A stretch of 25,261 bases of DNA from positions 1 through 25,261 of IMG/VR virus record IMGVR_UViG_3300017766_003845, one strand, 5' to 3'. The notes beneath the pieces were generated by a model, which saw only the letters and a program-made list of their open reading frames with translations, searched no databases and was not told the DNA's origin. Source of the DNA: a virus (Duplodnaviria; Caudoviricetes). The position numbers and the translations under genes are program-made. Positions 1 through 8,235 of the stretch are shown one piece after another. Each line of letters opens with the position of its first letter. Positions within the stretch are counted from its first letter, which is position 1.

Positions 1-111
1 AAATCTTGATGCCAATTCGTCGAATGATATCAAAAAATATTGTTCTGATGGAAAATCACTCCCATATGACGCTTCATAAAGTGGGTAGTCTTTTGATAAT
101 ACTTTGTGCAT
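1..111 (-). CDS. Hypothetical protein, 5' part only (MHKVLSKDYPLYEASYGSDFPSEQYFLISFDELASRF...), runs off the window edge
   Basis: ATG at 111-109 followed by 37 open codons to position 1, downstream of an AT-rich spacer; not in the ORF track. Confidence 0.6.
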   Translation of the reverse strand, partial: MHKVLSKDYPLYEASYGSDFPSEQYFLISFDELASRF

Positions 112-146
112 AAAAAAATTATAACAATATTTTATTTAATAATAAA

Positions 147-425
147 CTAATTCAAACAAATTGTTCCGAAATCTTTTAAATCCATAAAAATACTATCATT
201 CTTTTTTTCGTTTGATGATTTTAATAATTCATTTTTAATTTCTTCAAATTCGTTTCTCAATAACATTGGGTCACCATTTTTTTCAAAATTTTTTTGAGAG
301 GAAATTGCAACTTTAGAAAAAAAATCTTCTTCGTTCACATTTTTAAGAAAATATTCATGTGCCTCTTGGTTTGTATCTAAGAATTTTTTAATATTTCCAA
401 TATAAATTAAAACTTCGGGTGACAT
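147..425 (-). CDS. Hypothetical protein (92 aa)
   Basis: ORF starts 6 nt after the nusG stop; AT-rich codon usage like its neighbours. Confidence 0.75.
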   Translation of the reverse strand: MSPEVLIYIGNIKKFLDTNQEAHEYFLKNVNEEDFFSKVAISSQKNFEKNGDPMLLRNEFEEIKNELLKSSNEKKNDSIFMDLKDFGTICLN

Positions 426-431
426 ATAGAA

Positions 432-956
432 TTATAGTTTTTCAATTTGTCTCAAAGTTAACTCAACTGGTGTAACTCTACCAAAAATTCTTACTTCAAG
501 AGATACTTTTTCACCATTAATTCCTGAAATAACGCCTTCAAATGATGTAAATGGACCATCAACAACTTTAATCGATTCACCAACTTTATATTGATGTTTT
601 AATGTTTGATTGTGTTCATCCAATTCATCATCTTTAATCACTCTTTTTACATCTGATTCTCTTAATTTGATTGGGATTCTTTCTCCCATAAATCCCATAA
701 TACCATTGAAACCAGAAATATATTTTAATTCTTCCTCTGAAAGATTAGTTTTTGTTTCGAAGTAAAGATAACCACTATAAAGAACCTTTTCTCTTACTAC
801 TTTTTTATTTTTTACAACCTTTAATTCTCTTTCGGTTGGACAAACGAATCTCTCAATATTATTTATCTTACCTTGTAAGATTTGTTTATTAAAATCATCT
901 TTTAAAATTCTTTCTTTACCTGGTAAAACTTTTACCACGTACCAATTTGATTCCAT
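432..956 (-). CDS. nusG: Transcription termination/antitermination factor NusG
   Basis: NGN domain (WYVVKVLPGKE...LYSGYLY) and KOW domain (YKVGESIKVVDGPFTSFEGVI...VRIFGRVTPVEL). Confidence 0.95.
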   Translation of the reverse strand: MESNWYVVKVLPGKERILKDDFNKQILQGKINNIERFVCPTERELKVVKNKKVVREKVLYSGYLYFETKTNLSEEELKYISGFNGIMGFMGERIPIKLRESDVKRVIKDDELDEHNQTLKHQYKVGESIKVVDGPFTSFEGVISGINGEKVSLEVRIFGRVTPVELTLRQIEKL

Positions 957-984
957 AATTTAAATTTTTAAATAAATAGTGAAC

Positions 985-1869
985 TTAATAGTTCATAATT
1001 AATAATTCAGTACCTACGTTTTTTTCTTTCTTAGTTGATGCGGCCTTACTGAAATCTTTCCTTTCCCATTTATATTGAGTTTCACCAAACATCGACAACT
1101 GATTATTTTTACCTACTGTGATTGAATATTCAGGAAACCATTCTTGAAGTTGGGGGAAATCATAATATGAGAGTGAAAACTTACCCTTTATTGATTTGAT
1201 GGTGTTAGCAAGTCTTTCGTGATCCTTTGAGTCAAAATCATGATTTGAATAATAGTTCTCGGTTTTCCAATAAGGTGGGTCCATATAAAAATATGTTGTG
1301 GGAGAATCATATTTTTTAACCACTTGTTCAAAATCAAGATTTTCAATAAAAGTAATTTTATCAAAGTGATTTCTATATTTTGGATTTTTTAATTTATCCA
1401 TAAACACCAATACTTTACATCTGTATTTTCCTTTGTAATCCATGTACGATGCTGTCTCAGGTTTTGATCCTGAAAAAACTTGACCCAATACATAAACATA
1501 TTTACACGCAACTTCTAAACTGTTTTCTTCTGTAATGACAAAATCATCACTAAAAATTTCTTTTTGATATTGGTTAAACATTTGTTCATATTCGGGTGGA
1601 GTGTCCTGAACACCGAGTTGTTGACAAGGGTATTGTGACAATGCATCCCATAATATATCATACTGTTTAGTCCACTTAAAAAGGTTAGTATTAAGTTTAT
1701 TAAAGTCATTATATACGACCGTTTTAAGATTTGGGTATTCTGATAGTTCCATATTAAAGAACACCCAAAACATACCTGAAAATCCCTCCACATACGTTTC
1801 AATATCTTTAGGAATAAAAGGTACTATCCATTTACCAATACGAGCTTTACCACCGATATACGATATCAT
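985..1869 (-). CDS. D12-class N6-adenine DNA methyltransferase (Dam-like); target sequence unknown
   Basis: N-terminal YIGGK, YVEGFSG (motif I variant), YND, catalytic DPPY, and DHERLA. Confidence 0.9.
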   Translation of the reverse strand: MISYIGGKARIGKWIVPFIPKDIETYVEGFSGMFWVFFNMELSEYPNLKTVVYNDFNKLNTNLFKWTKQYDILWDALSQYPCQQLGVQDTPPEYEQMFNQYQKEIFSDDFVITEENSLEVACKYVYVLGQVFSGSKPETASYMDYKGKYRCKVLVFMDKLKNPKYRNHFDKITFIENLDFEQVVKKYDSPTTYFYMDPPYWKTENYYSNHDFDSKDHERLANTIKSIKGKFSLSYYDFPQLQEWFPEYSITVGKNNQLSMFGETQYKWERKDFSKAASTKKEKNVGTELLIMNY

Positions 1870-1945
1870 TTATTTATCATTAATGTTTAATATAAAATAT
1901 AACCTTTAAAATTGAAAAAAAGAAATAAGTTTGGTATATTTTATT

Positions 1946-2095
1946 ATGTCTTGTTCAAAATGTAAAAAAAAGGAAATGAGGGACCTCATAGAGAGGGAAC
2001 TAGTTAAAACGGAAAAATGGGCAGCAATTATACTATTGTTATTTGCATCAATATCTCTTTATGGTGTTTATTATCTTATATCTAAATTATTATGA
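1946..2095 (+). CDS. Small CxxC membrane protein, 49 aa (MSCSKCKKKEMRDLIERELVKTEKWAAIILLLFASISLYGVYYLISKLL)
   Basis: Manual translation; its TGA overlaps the next ATG (ATGA at 2092-2095); C-terminal hydrophobic helix; below the ORF-track length cutoff. Confidence 0.7.
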   Translation: MSCSKCKKKEMRDLIERELVKTEKWAAIILLLFASISLYGVYYLISKLL

Positions 2096-2730
2096 AAAAA
2101 GGAAAATATTTCATTGTTCTTTTTTGTAATAAAAAGAGAATTAAGATTCTTTATAAATGTATGAAAAGAACAACTATTACGGAATATTGGCACGAATTTA
2201 AAACTCAACGTAAACCAGATTTTGTAAAAATTCAAGGTGGTAAAAGAAATCAAGAACAAATTTTCGAATTAGCACTTGTTTTTCCAAAGACTAGATGGTC
2301 AACTAATCCTTGGGTAAAGGACAGTCTAGGTAGGAATATTTCAGCAAACATGGAAGACGAGAAATTTAGAATAAAAGAAATTATTCCTTATTGGAAAGAA
2401 GAATTGATTTACGATTTTCAAATTAAAAAAAGAATAAGATTTAATGAAATGATGGGTAAAATTTATCCAATTACAGAAATAGCACAAATATTCACATTAA
2501 ATAATAAATTGTTCGTACAGATTGAAAATGATGTTTGGTTGTACGGAAATAAAAATCTAACAGATAGTGAAAGATTATTTGAATTGGTTAAAGAAAATAT
2601 ATTAAAACAGAAAAGAGGTAATTTTATTTTTGTAAAAGACGTTACAACCCATCAGAGAAAACTATTATATAACTTACTAGAATCTAAAGGTTTTAAAAGA
2701 AGAGAACTTTTTAGACACTACTCGTACTAA
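2092..2730 (+). CDS. Hypothetical basic protein (212 aa)
   Basis: Only long plus-strand ORF with no substantial minus-strand gene opposite it; ATGA-coupled to the upstream small ORF. Confidence 0.8.
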   Translation: MKKGKYFIVLFCNKKRIKILYKCMKRTTITEYWHEFKTQRKPDFVKIQGGKRNQEQIFELALVFPKTRWSTNPWVKDSLGRNISANMEDEKFRIKEIIPYWKEELIYDFQIKKRIRFNEMMGKIYPITEIAQIFTLNNKLFVQIENDVWLYGNKNLTDSERLFELVKENILKQKRGNFIFVKDVTTHQRKLLYNLLESKGFKRRELFRHYSY

Positions 2731-2950
2731 ATACGATATCTACATTACCAATTGTAATTGTAAATTTATCTTTAGGTATTTCATTTTGTGTATTATTCTT
2801 TTTTTCAAGATATTGAAATATCTTCTCAAATTCAATTTTAGATACTTCAAACACTATTGTATTTGATTTGATATTGGCATTAAGTTTTTCCATCAAATCA
2901 GATATTATGGCTAGTTGGTTTAATAAATCACCCTTTTTTGTCATAACCAA
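2711..2950 (-). CDS. Hypothetical protein (start probably ATG at 2944)
   Basis: ORF in a tightly packed run of minus-strand genes; converges on the plus-strand gene with a 20-nt overlap. Confidence 0.7.
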   Translation of the reverse strand: MVMTKKGDLLNQLAIISDLMEKLNANIKSNTIVFEVSKIEFEKIFQYLEKKNNTQNEIPKDKFTITIGNVDIVFSTSSV

Positions 2951-3131
2951 ATATCTTTAAGATTTTTTTAAGTATGGATTTTTTAGGTTTTGGGGTTTGA
3001 ATAAATAGATTTTTCTTATCTATTTTTTTTATTTCTTCAATCGTCTGATTCTTGTGTGTCTCCACCTCCTTCTGATCTTTCACCATCTCCCTCTTCAACC
3101 AATCCGATGCTTGTTGTATCCTCTTGTTCAT
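2928..3131 (-). CDS. Hypothetical basic protein (67 aa)
   Basis: Lys-rich ORF with an amphipathic C-terminus (SILKKILKIFG); overlaps both neighbours. Confidence 0.7.
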   Translation of the reverse strand: MNKRIQQASDWLKREMVKDQKEVETHKNQTIEEIKKIDKKNLFIQTPKPKKSILKKILKIFGYDKKG

Positions 3132-3492
3132 CTAGATTCAATAGATTTATATCTTTTAATTTATCAAGAGATTGTTTTTTAAACAACTCTTGTAATTCTT
3201 TTACTTTTTCTTGAAATAATTTTTGTTTCTCTTCCTCTTCTTTATTAAGTTTAATTATTTCATTGGCACAAGCCAATGCAACATCATATCCATTTTGAGT
3301 TGCACTTGATATCAATGATAATAAGGTATACTTATCATTTTTATCTTGAACTTTAATATTCAAAATACGATATGGTTTTATAATCTCATCGTACTTCCAT
3401 GTCAATGGAATTTTAATGTCTAAACTTACGTTATTTTCTATTTCTCTTAAAGAAAAGAAATAAGGTCTTAATGATTTTATATTTTCAAACAC
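3037..3492 (-). CDS. Hypothetical protein with a coiled-coil segment (151 aa, GTG start)
   Basis: ORF starts 4 nt after the upstream stop; its acidic tail overlaps the next gene by 95 nt. Confidence 0.75.
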   Translation of the reverse strand: MFENIKSLRPYFFSLREIENNVSLDIKIPLTWKYDEIIKPYRILNIKVQDKNDKYTLLSLISSATQNGYDVALACANEIIKLNKEEEEKQKLFQEKVKELQELFKKQSLDKLKDINLLNLDEQEDTTSIGLVEEGDGERSEGGGDTQESDD

Positions 3493-3496
3493 AGTA

Positions 3497-3676
3497 TTAA
3501 ATTAAAAAATAGGTTATTATATATGCCGAAGCAAAGTGAAGTAATACCTTTTCATTTTTATCTATTTTCATTTCTTCAGGATTTTCCTGAAATAATTTAA
3601 TTACAAATTGAAAAACAAATTTTAAGGTAAAAATCAAACTAAGAATTAATACAAACAACTTTATTTCGTTAATCAT
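3497..3676 (-). CDS. Small two-TM membrane protein, 59 aa (MINEIKLFVLILSLIFTLKFVFQFVIKLFQENPEEMKIDKNEKVLLHFASAYIITYFLI)
   Basis: Manual translation; fills the gap between genes; start overlaps the upstream gene's stop region; two hydrophobic segments. Confidence 0.7.
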   Translation of the reverse strand: MINEIKLFVLILSLIFTLKFVFQFVIKLFQENPEEMKIDKNEKVLLHFASAYIITYFLI

Positions 3677-3848
3677 GTTTTTTAATTTCGTCTAAAATTT
3701 CTTTACGGTACTGTGAGATTAGGAGTTTAATTTCTTGAGCATATTTTCTTGCTCTTATTGATGCACTTCGATTCCCTTTTTCAAAAACCTTTTGAGTATC
3801 TACTGACATCTTTTCAACCAACTCCTTAATTTTTCTTAAGGTTTCCAT
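3669..3848 (-). CDS. Histone H1-like Hc1-family protein, 59 aa (METLRKIKELVEKMSVDTQKVFEKGNRSASIRARKYAQEIKLLISQYRKEILDEIKKHD)
   Basis: Manual translation; the KGNxxAxxRARK...E...RK pattern matches the short Bacteroidota Hc1-like proteins; missed by the ORF track. Confidence 0.75.
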   Translation of the reverse strand: METLRKIKELVEKMSVDTQKVFEKGNRSASIRARKYAQEIKLLISQYRKEILDEIKKHD

Positions 3849-3886
3849 ATTATTTCGGTTTTTAATATCAATATATGGAAAAAAAT

Positions 3887-4342
3887 TTACTTTTTCAAGT
3901 TTTGATCTAACATTTTATAAACCTCAGTTAACATATCAAGTTCTGACCTTGATTTCTTATGTTTAAAATCAAATAATTTATTGAGATATTCTAGAATTCT
4001 TGAGTTATTCCCCTCTAAGTTAGTAAGATAAAACGCTTCAATATAGAAATTACTGAAATAATCTTTGTGTGAACCGGTTTCCTTAAAATAAATTCTTTCT
4101 TTTGAAAAATTATCTATAGTTTTATTCCAACACCATGTAAAATGTCCCTTTTGATCCTCTTCGTATTCAAATACGTCAGGACCAAGGTATGTTTTTTCAA
4201 TAAGTTCGTGTAATGAAATTAAAAAATCACGGAATAATTCAGTTTTTTCTCGAGATATATTATATGCTCGATACCAAACATCTATTTGATTTTTATAACT
4301 TTCAGAAAAAATAAACTCCAAGTACCCTTCTTTATTTTCCAT
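3887..4342 (-). CDS. Hypothetical protein (151 aa)
   Basis: Clean ORF with AT-rich intergenic spacers on both sides. Confidence 0.8.
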   Translation of the reverse strand: MENKEGYLEFIFSESYKNQIDVWYRAYNISREKTELFRDFLISLHELIEKTYLGPDVFEYEEDQKGHFTWCWNKTIDNFSKERIYFKETGSHKDYFSNFYIEAFYLTNLEGNNSRILEYLNKLFDFKHKKSRSELDMLTEVYKMLDQNLKK

Positions 4343-4390
4343 ATCCTTTAATTAAATAATATAAGGATAAAAGAAAAGAAAAAGAAGATA

Positions 4391-6682
4391 TTACTGAGTT
4401 TTCTTATTGTAAGATGCTATTTTTTTCATCTTTTCAATTTCTTCTTTTAATAAAGAAGAAGATTTTACTTCAGATTCATTTACTTCTTCAACAGGTTGAG
4501 CATCTTTGTTGTACATTGGTGCCTTCTCCTCTTTCTTTTCTTTTCTTTCAGCCTGTTTAGATAATTTTTTACCCAAATCACTCTTTACAACATTAGCAGC
4601 TTCTTGTGAGTTACCCATTTTAGAGTCACCTTCTAATGCTGACTTTAATCTTTCTTTAAATCTCTTAGATGGTTCATAATCATAATCTAAGTCAATTGAT
4701 TTTCCACCTCTATTGTCTTCAACAAACTCATTTTCTTCTTCGTTATTTTGTCTAGCAACCTTAGTTCCACTATTATTTTGATGTGGGAATTCAGGATTAT
4801 CACTACCTTCTACTGTTGTGGCTTTTTGGATTTTTTTACCCACCTCTTTCGCATTTTCCTCGTTATCTTTTTTGGATTGAGTTTGTGCTCTTTTGGTAAC
4901 TTCTAAACCAGGAACCGATTCTTTAACCATTTTCTTAATCAAATTAACCATTTCTGATTCACTTAAACGAAGTACTTTTTTCTTTGTTTTTGATTCATTC
5001 ATCATAGAACCACACTCACTACACATACCTTCCTCATTCAACATTGATCCACACTCATTACACATACCTTCACCTTCTTTCATGTCCATAGACGAATCTC
5101 CACACTCATTACACATACCTTCTTCTTCCTCTAATTGTTTCCACGATTCTTGAACATTATGTGTTTCACCATCAAATTCGAAGGTTTCTTCACCCGCTTC
5201 CTTTGCTTTTAGTGCTGCATACGCGAAGGCGTTACCTTCCATTGGTTCTTGATTTTCCATATTTTGATTTTCTTTTTCTTCTAATTCTTGACCCATTTGA
5301 TCCATCTTTTCAATCATATCTTCATATGATTCATAAATCTCAGGTTCGATTATGAGTTCACCTTTTTCTTTTGCTTTATAATTTGGTAAGGCCTCTTCCG
5401 CTTCTTCTTTTGAATTAAAAGTTTCCAATGGTTCACCATCAAGTTTTATATGATAAACTTGTTTTTTACCACCTTCAGATTCAGAAATTATTGTTCTTTT
5501 AATCTCTTCTGATGCAATACTTTCAATTAAAGAGTTGATGTCTGATAAATTCATACTTATAAATATCTTATTTATTTCATTTAATACTATTTTTTCCATT
5601 TCTTTATATGGAATACCATATTTGTCTGAAATTTCTATAACGTCATTTTTAATTTCAAGAAGTTCTATGGCGTTTATGTCTCCTTGATTACAATAGGGGT
5701 ATTTTTTACACTTTTCCTTTATTTTAATGAAAATACCACCAGGTCCTCCCCATTTAGGAAAGTTCTTATCCTTTACTGCTCTCGAATTTTTAACACTCTT
5801 TTCACCATTTATTTTCAAAGGATTTTTACCTCCATTTCCAAAAGGTGCATCATACGCCCCTGAAGAAGATGCATCAGTTGCTTCTTTTACCTCTTCCTCA
5901 TTTACATTGTATTTTTTAAAATTATTAGGTTTATATAAATCTTTTTTCTTTATAACACTACCGAATGCTGGCCCAACAAATGCACCGGCGGAATCGGCAC
6001 CCATAGACTCCTTAGTTTCAATTTTTTTCAATTTACTATAATAGTTAGGGTCTTCCCACAAGTGATCTAAAGCAATTTCTTTAGCTTTGTCCTTATCGTC
6101 AGTATGTTCCATTTCAACTTTTAAACCCATATCAAGTTGTTTGTTTAGAGATTTTACCATGTCTTGAATATGGTAATAACCTTTTGCGTTATGTTTCTTT
6201 GCTATTTGAACTAAAGATTTATTATCCGCCAAACCACCTTTAATCTCTTCTGTTTCATTAATTTTATCCCCAATATTTCCAATAAACACATTGAGATTCA
6301 CACCCATTGCTGCCGCAGTACATAGTCTTGTATTACCAGCCATTAGGACATATCTACCGTCTAATTTGGCTATTAATGGTCTTTTATATTCCCCACTCTC
6401 GATTTCTTTTTTAAGTACTTTAGGACTCGTTTTTTTATACTCTCGTGCAATTTTCTCTACGGTTTCCCAATCTCCCTCCTCAACTTCATTTGATTCCGTA
6501 TTTTCTAATACATTCCAAATGTCGTCGGTTAAAAGTTGTTCTTCAGATTTTTCAAGAGAATCAATAACCTCATCAACTGAAACCTCAATACCTTCATCTC
6601 GGCTTAACTCTTGTGAAAATCTTTGAATTTCCTCAATTTCACCCTCAATATCAGGTCTAATATGTTTTTCTTTATCTAACAT
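4391..6682 (-). CDS. Modular putative virion/internal head protein: ParB/Srx-like N-domain, DUF5661-like domain, CxxC repeats, acidic/charged regions
   Basis: RPLIAKLDGRYVLMAGNTRL (ParB-like); GGLAD...GLKVEMEHTDD...IALDHLWEDPNYYSKL (DUF5661-like); three EGMC(N/S)ECG repeats; very Glu/Lys-rich. Confidence 0.7.
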   Translation of the reverse strand: MLDKEKHIRPDIEGEIEEIQRFSQELSRDEGIEVSVDEVIDSLEKSEEQLLTDDIWNVLENTESNEVEEGDWETVEKIAREYKKTSPKVLKKEIESGEYKRPLIAKLDGRYVLMAGNTRLCTAAAMGVNLNVFIGNIGDKINETEEIKGGLADNKSLVQIAKKHNAKGYYHIQDMVKSLNKQLDMGLKVEMEHTDDKDKAKEIALDHLWEDPNYYSKLKKIETKESMGADSAGAFVGPAFGSVIKKKDLYKPNNFKKYNVNEEEVKEATDASSSGAYDAPFGNGGKNPLKINGEKSVKNSRAVKDKNFPKWGGPGGIFIKIKEKCKKYPYCNQGDINAIELLEIKNDVIEISDKYGIPYKEMEKIVLNEINKIFISMNLSDINSLIESIASEEIKRTIISESEGGKKQVYHIKLDGEPLETFNSKEEAEEALPNYKAKEKGELIIEPEIYESYEDMIEKMDQMGQELEEKENQNMENQEPMEGNAFAYAALKAKEAGEETFEFDGETHNVQESWKQLEEEEGMCNECGDSSMDMKEGEGMCNECGSMLNEEGMCSECGSMMNESKTKKKVLRLSESEMVNLIKKMVKESVPGLEVTKRAQTQSKKDNEENAKEVGKKIQKATTVEGSDNPEFPHQNNSGTKVARQNNEEENEFVEDNRGGKSIDLDYDYEPSKRFKERLKSALEGDSKMGNSQEAANVVKSDLGKKLSKQAERKEKKEEKAPMYNKDAQPVEEVNESEVKSSSLLKEEIEKMKKIASYNKKTQ
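5010..5122 (-). repeat. Three 23-bp coding repeats (ccacactca[c/t]tacacataccttc) encoding EGMC(N/S)ECG
   Basis: Copies at 5010-5032, 5049-5071 and 5100-5122, all in frame with the 763-aa ORF. Confidence 0.9.
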
Positions 6683-6911
6683 TTTTTAATGCATTTTCCC
6701 AAAATGACTTTCTCTGCCATAATGTTTTAAATAATTCAACAACAACTTTAGTTGAAAGATCAATTACTTTATCGTTTATGTCTCTTGTACCCATTTCTTT
6801 TTTAACCATGTCCACAACAATTTTATGAGCTTGTGTCGAGTCCATAAAACTTTTGATTTCTTTTTTGGTTATTTTCTCAATTTCTCTTTTGTCTGAATCA
6901 GTTAGAGCCAT
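6672..6911 (-). CDS. Hypothetical protein (79 aa)
   Basis: Tightly coupled ORF between two larger genes. Confidence 0.75.
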   Translation of the reverse strand: MALTDSDKREIEKITKKEIKSFMDSTQAHKIVVDMVKKEMGTRDINDKVIDLSTKVVVELFKTLWQRKSFWENALKNVR

Positions 6912-6912
6912 T

Positions 6913-7416
6913 TTAGTTATTATTTCTTTGTCTTATTATTGGGTTTAATGTGTCTTCAAAAACTAATTGGAATTTAGATAATTTATCTATTATAGATATT
7001 GTTTCCGTTTCTATTTTTAACATGTCAGCATTTATATAAAAACCTGATTCATCACCAGCAATCAATACAAAATTGATTTCCACATTAGAAATTGACCCAT
7101 CCAATCTAATTTGATTCATATTAATAGTTAATCCGGGCTCTAAGTTCGCAATTTCTGACACTTGTTGTCTGAAAGAATCTATTAACCCCGATATCCCATT
7201 TTTTTGATCGTCTGTTAATTTCATATCCATATTATCGTTGGATAAAAGTTTAACATCTACGTCATTAATAACATCTATATCATCTTGAGTATTAGATGTT
7301 GTTGACGAATCTTGTTCTCTTAGGATTTTAACATTTTTTGTTGATTCCGTAATCCTTCTTAGGGTATCTAACATTTTTTTTGTTTCGTCGTATCCTATGT
7401 TTGTTCTATTTTGCAT
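6913..7416 (-). CDS. Hypothetical protein, possibly virion-associated (167 aa)
   Basis: Clean ORF; TATTTATA motif 42 nt upstream; N-terminal ILRE motif resembling head-protease sites (inference). Confidence 0.75.
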   Translation of the reverse strand: MQNRTNIGYDETKKMLDTLRRITESTKNVKILREQDSSTTSNTQDDIDVINDVDVKLLSNDNMDMKLTDDQKNGISGLIDSFRQQVSEIANLEPGLTINMNQIRLDGSISNVEINFVLIAGDESGFYINADMLKIETETISIIDKLSKFQLVFEDTLNPIIRQRNNN

Positions 7417-8011
7417 GATTAAATAATATTCTAAAATTGAATGATGGGTTTATATCTGTATAAATATTTGAAAAATTGGATTTACAAACAATACCGTTAA
7501 ATTTACCTATATTTTCGAGGTATCCTTGAGACGGAACGTGTTGTTTAAAGATATCATGTTTTTCACATAGAAAATCACACAGTTCAGAAACCTTCTCCAT
7601 TTGGATATCATTGTACTTATCCCAAAAATAATGGTTTCTCCAATTCTTGATATGTGGTTCTGAACGATATGGATTATCAATCCAATTAGTATATAGTCCT
7701 GTTATGGTATTTTTATTTAACCATCCCAAATTTTCGATTGCAACCTTAATTTGTTTCCTATCTAAAGATGGATTATCAAAGGTTTTAGAACTATAATTGG
7801 TGTCGAATAATTGAAAGACCATACCCATTTTAGTTACAACAAAATGAGGTATGTCATCATACTTACCATTTCTACGATATTTGATTTTTTGTATAAAATC
7901 ATCCGCCCTCCTTTGGGTATCGTAGAGTAGTATTTGTGTTTTTTTGGATTTTCTTTTTACAACATTTATTTTAGACTTATCTAAAACGTCTACGTCTTGA
8001 ATTACCAACAT
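7406..8011 (-). CDS. N-acetylmuramoyl-L-alanine amidase (Amidase_2)-like protein, apparently lacking the Zn-ligand histidines
   Basis: IPHFVVTKMGMVFQL, VAIENLGWL, KYNDIQMEKVSELCDFLCEKHDI and TDINPSFNF follow the amidase_2 layout. Confidence 0.65.
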   Translation of the reverse strand: MLVIQDVDVLDKSKINVVKRKSKKTQILLYDTQRRADDFIQKIKYRRNGKYDDIPHFVVTKMGMVFQLFDTNYSSKTFDNPSLDRKQIKVAIENLGWLNKNTITGLYTNWIDNPYRSEPHIKNWRNHYFWDKYNDIQMEKVSELCDFLCEKHDIFKQHVPSQGYLENIGKFNGIVCKSNFSNIYTDINPSFNFRILFNHAK

Positions 8012-8235
8012 TTCTAGAAACTATTTTTTTAATTATGGGTTGTTCAGTTGGTGTTGGTGTTGTAATAAAATCTTCTTCTTCTATAGGATTTGTATCATCT
8101 AATTCCCAATATAAGTCATCAGGAGTTAAGGTTGGGGTTGCCTCCACCAAATCTAAGGATGGAAAATCTTCCATGTTTGAGGGGTTGTTTACCTCCTCCT
8201 CTGAGAGGGGTTCCTCTATAAGGAATTTTTTTTTT
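7977..8235 (-). CDS. Acidic Pro/Thr-rich -1-frame continuation of the upstream membrane protein (or an independent 65-aa ORF from ATG 8174)
   Basis: The frame is open from the A10 run at 8235-8226 (KFLIEEPLSEEEVNNPSNMEDF...) to the stop at 7977, with composition matching the upstream acidic tail. Confidence 0.6.

Noticed and set aside
1515-2259. Short minus-strand ORFs 1515-1802 and 2071-2259
   Set aside because: They are nested in the methylase in another frame or antisense to the plus-strand gene, with no supporting signal.
5010-5122. Possible mini-CRISPR array (three 23-bp repeats)
   Set aside because: Spacers are 16 and 28 nt, unit lengths are multiples of three, the repeats encode an in-frame peptide motif, and there is no leader or cas gene.
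8189-8218. Stop-codon read-through at the TAG of the 455-aa gene
   Set aside because: The same frame hits TAA after eight more codons; only the -1 frame is long.
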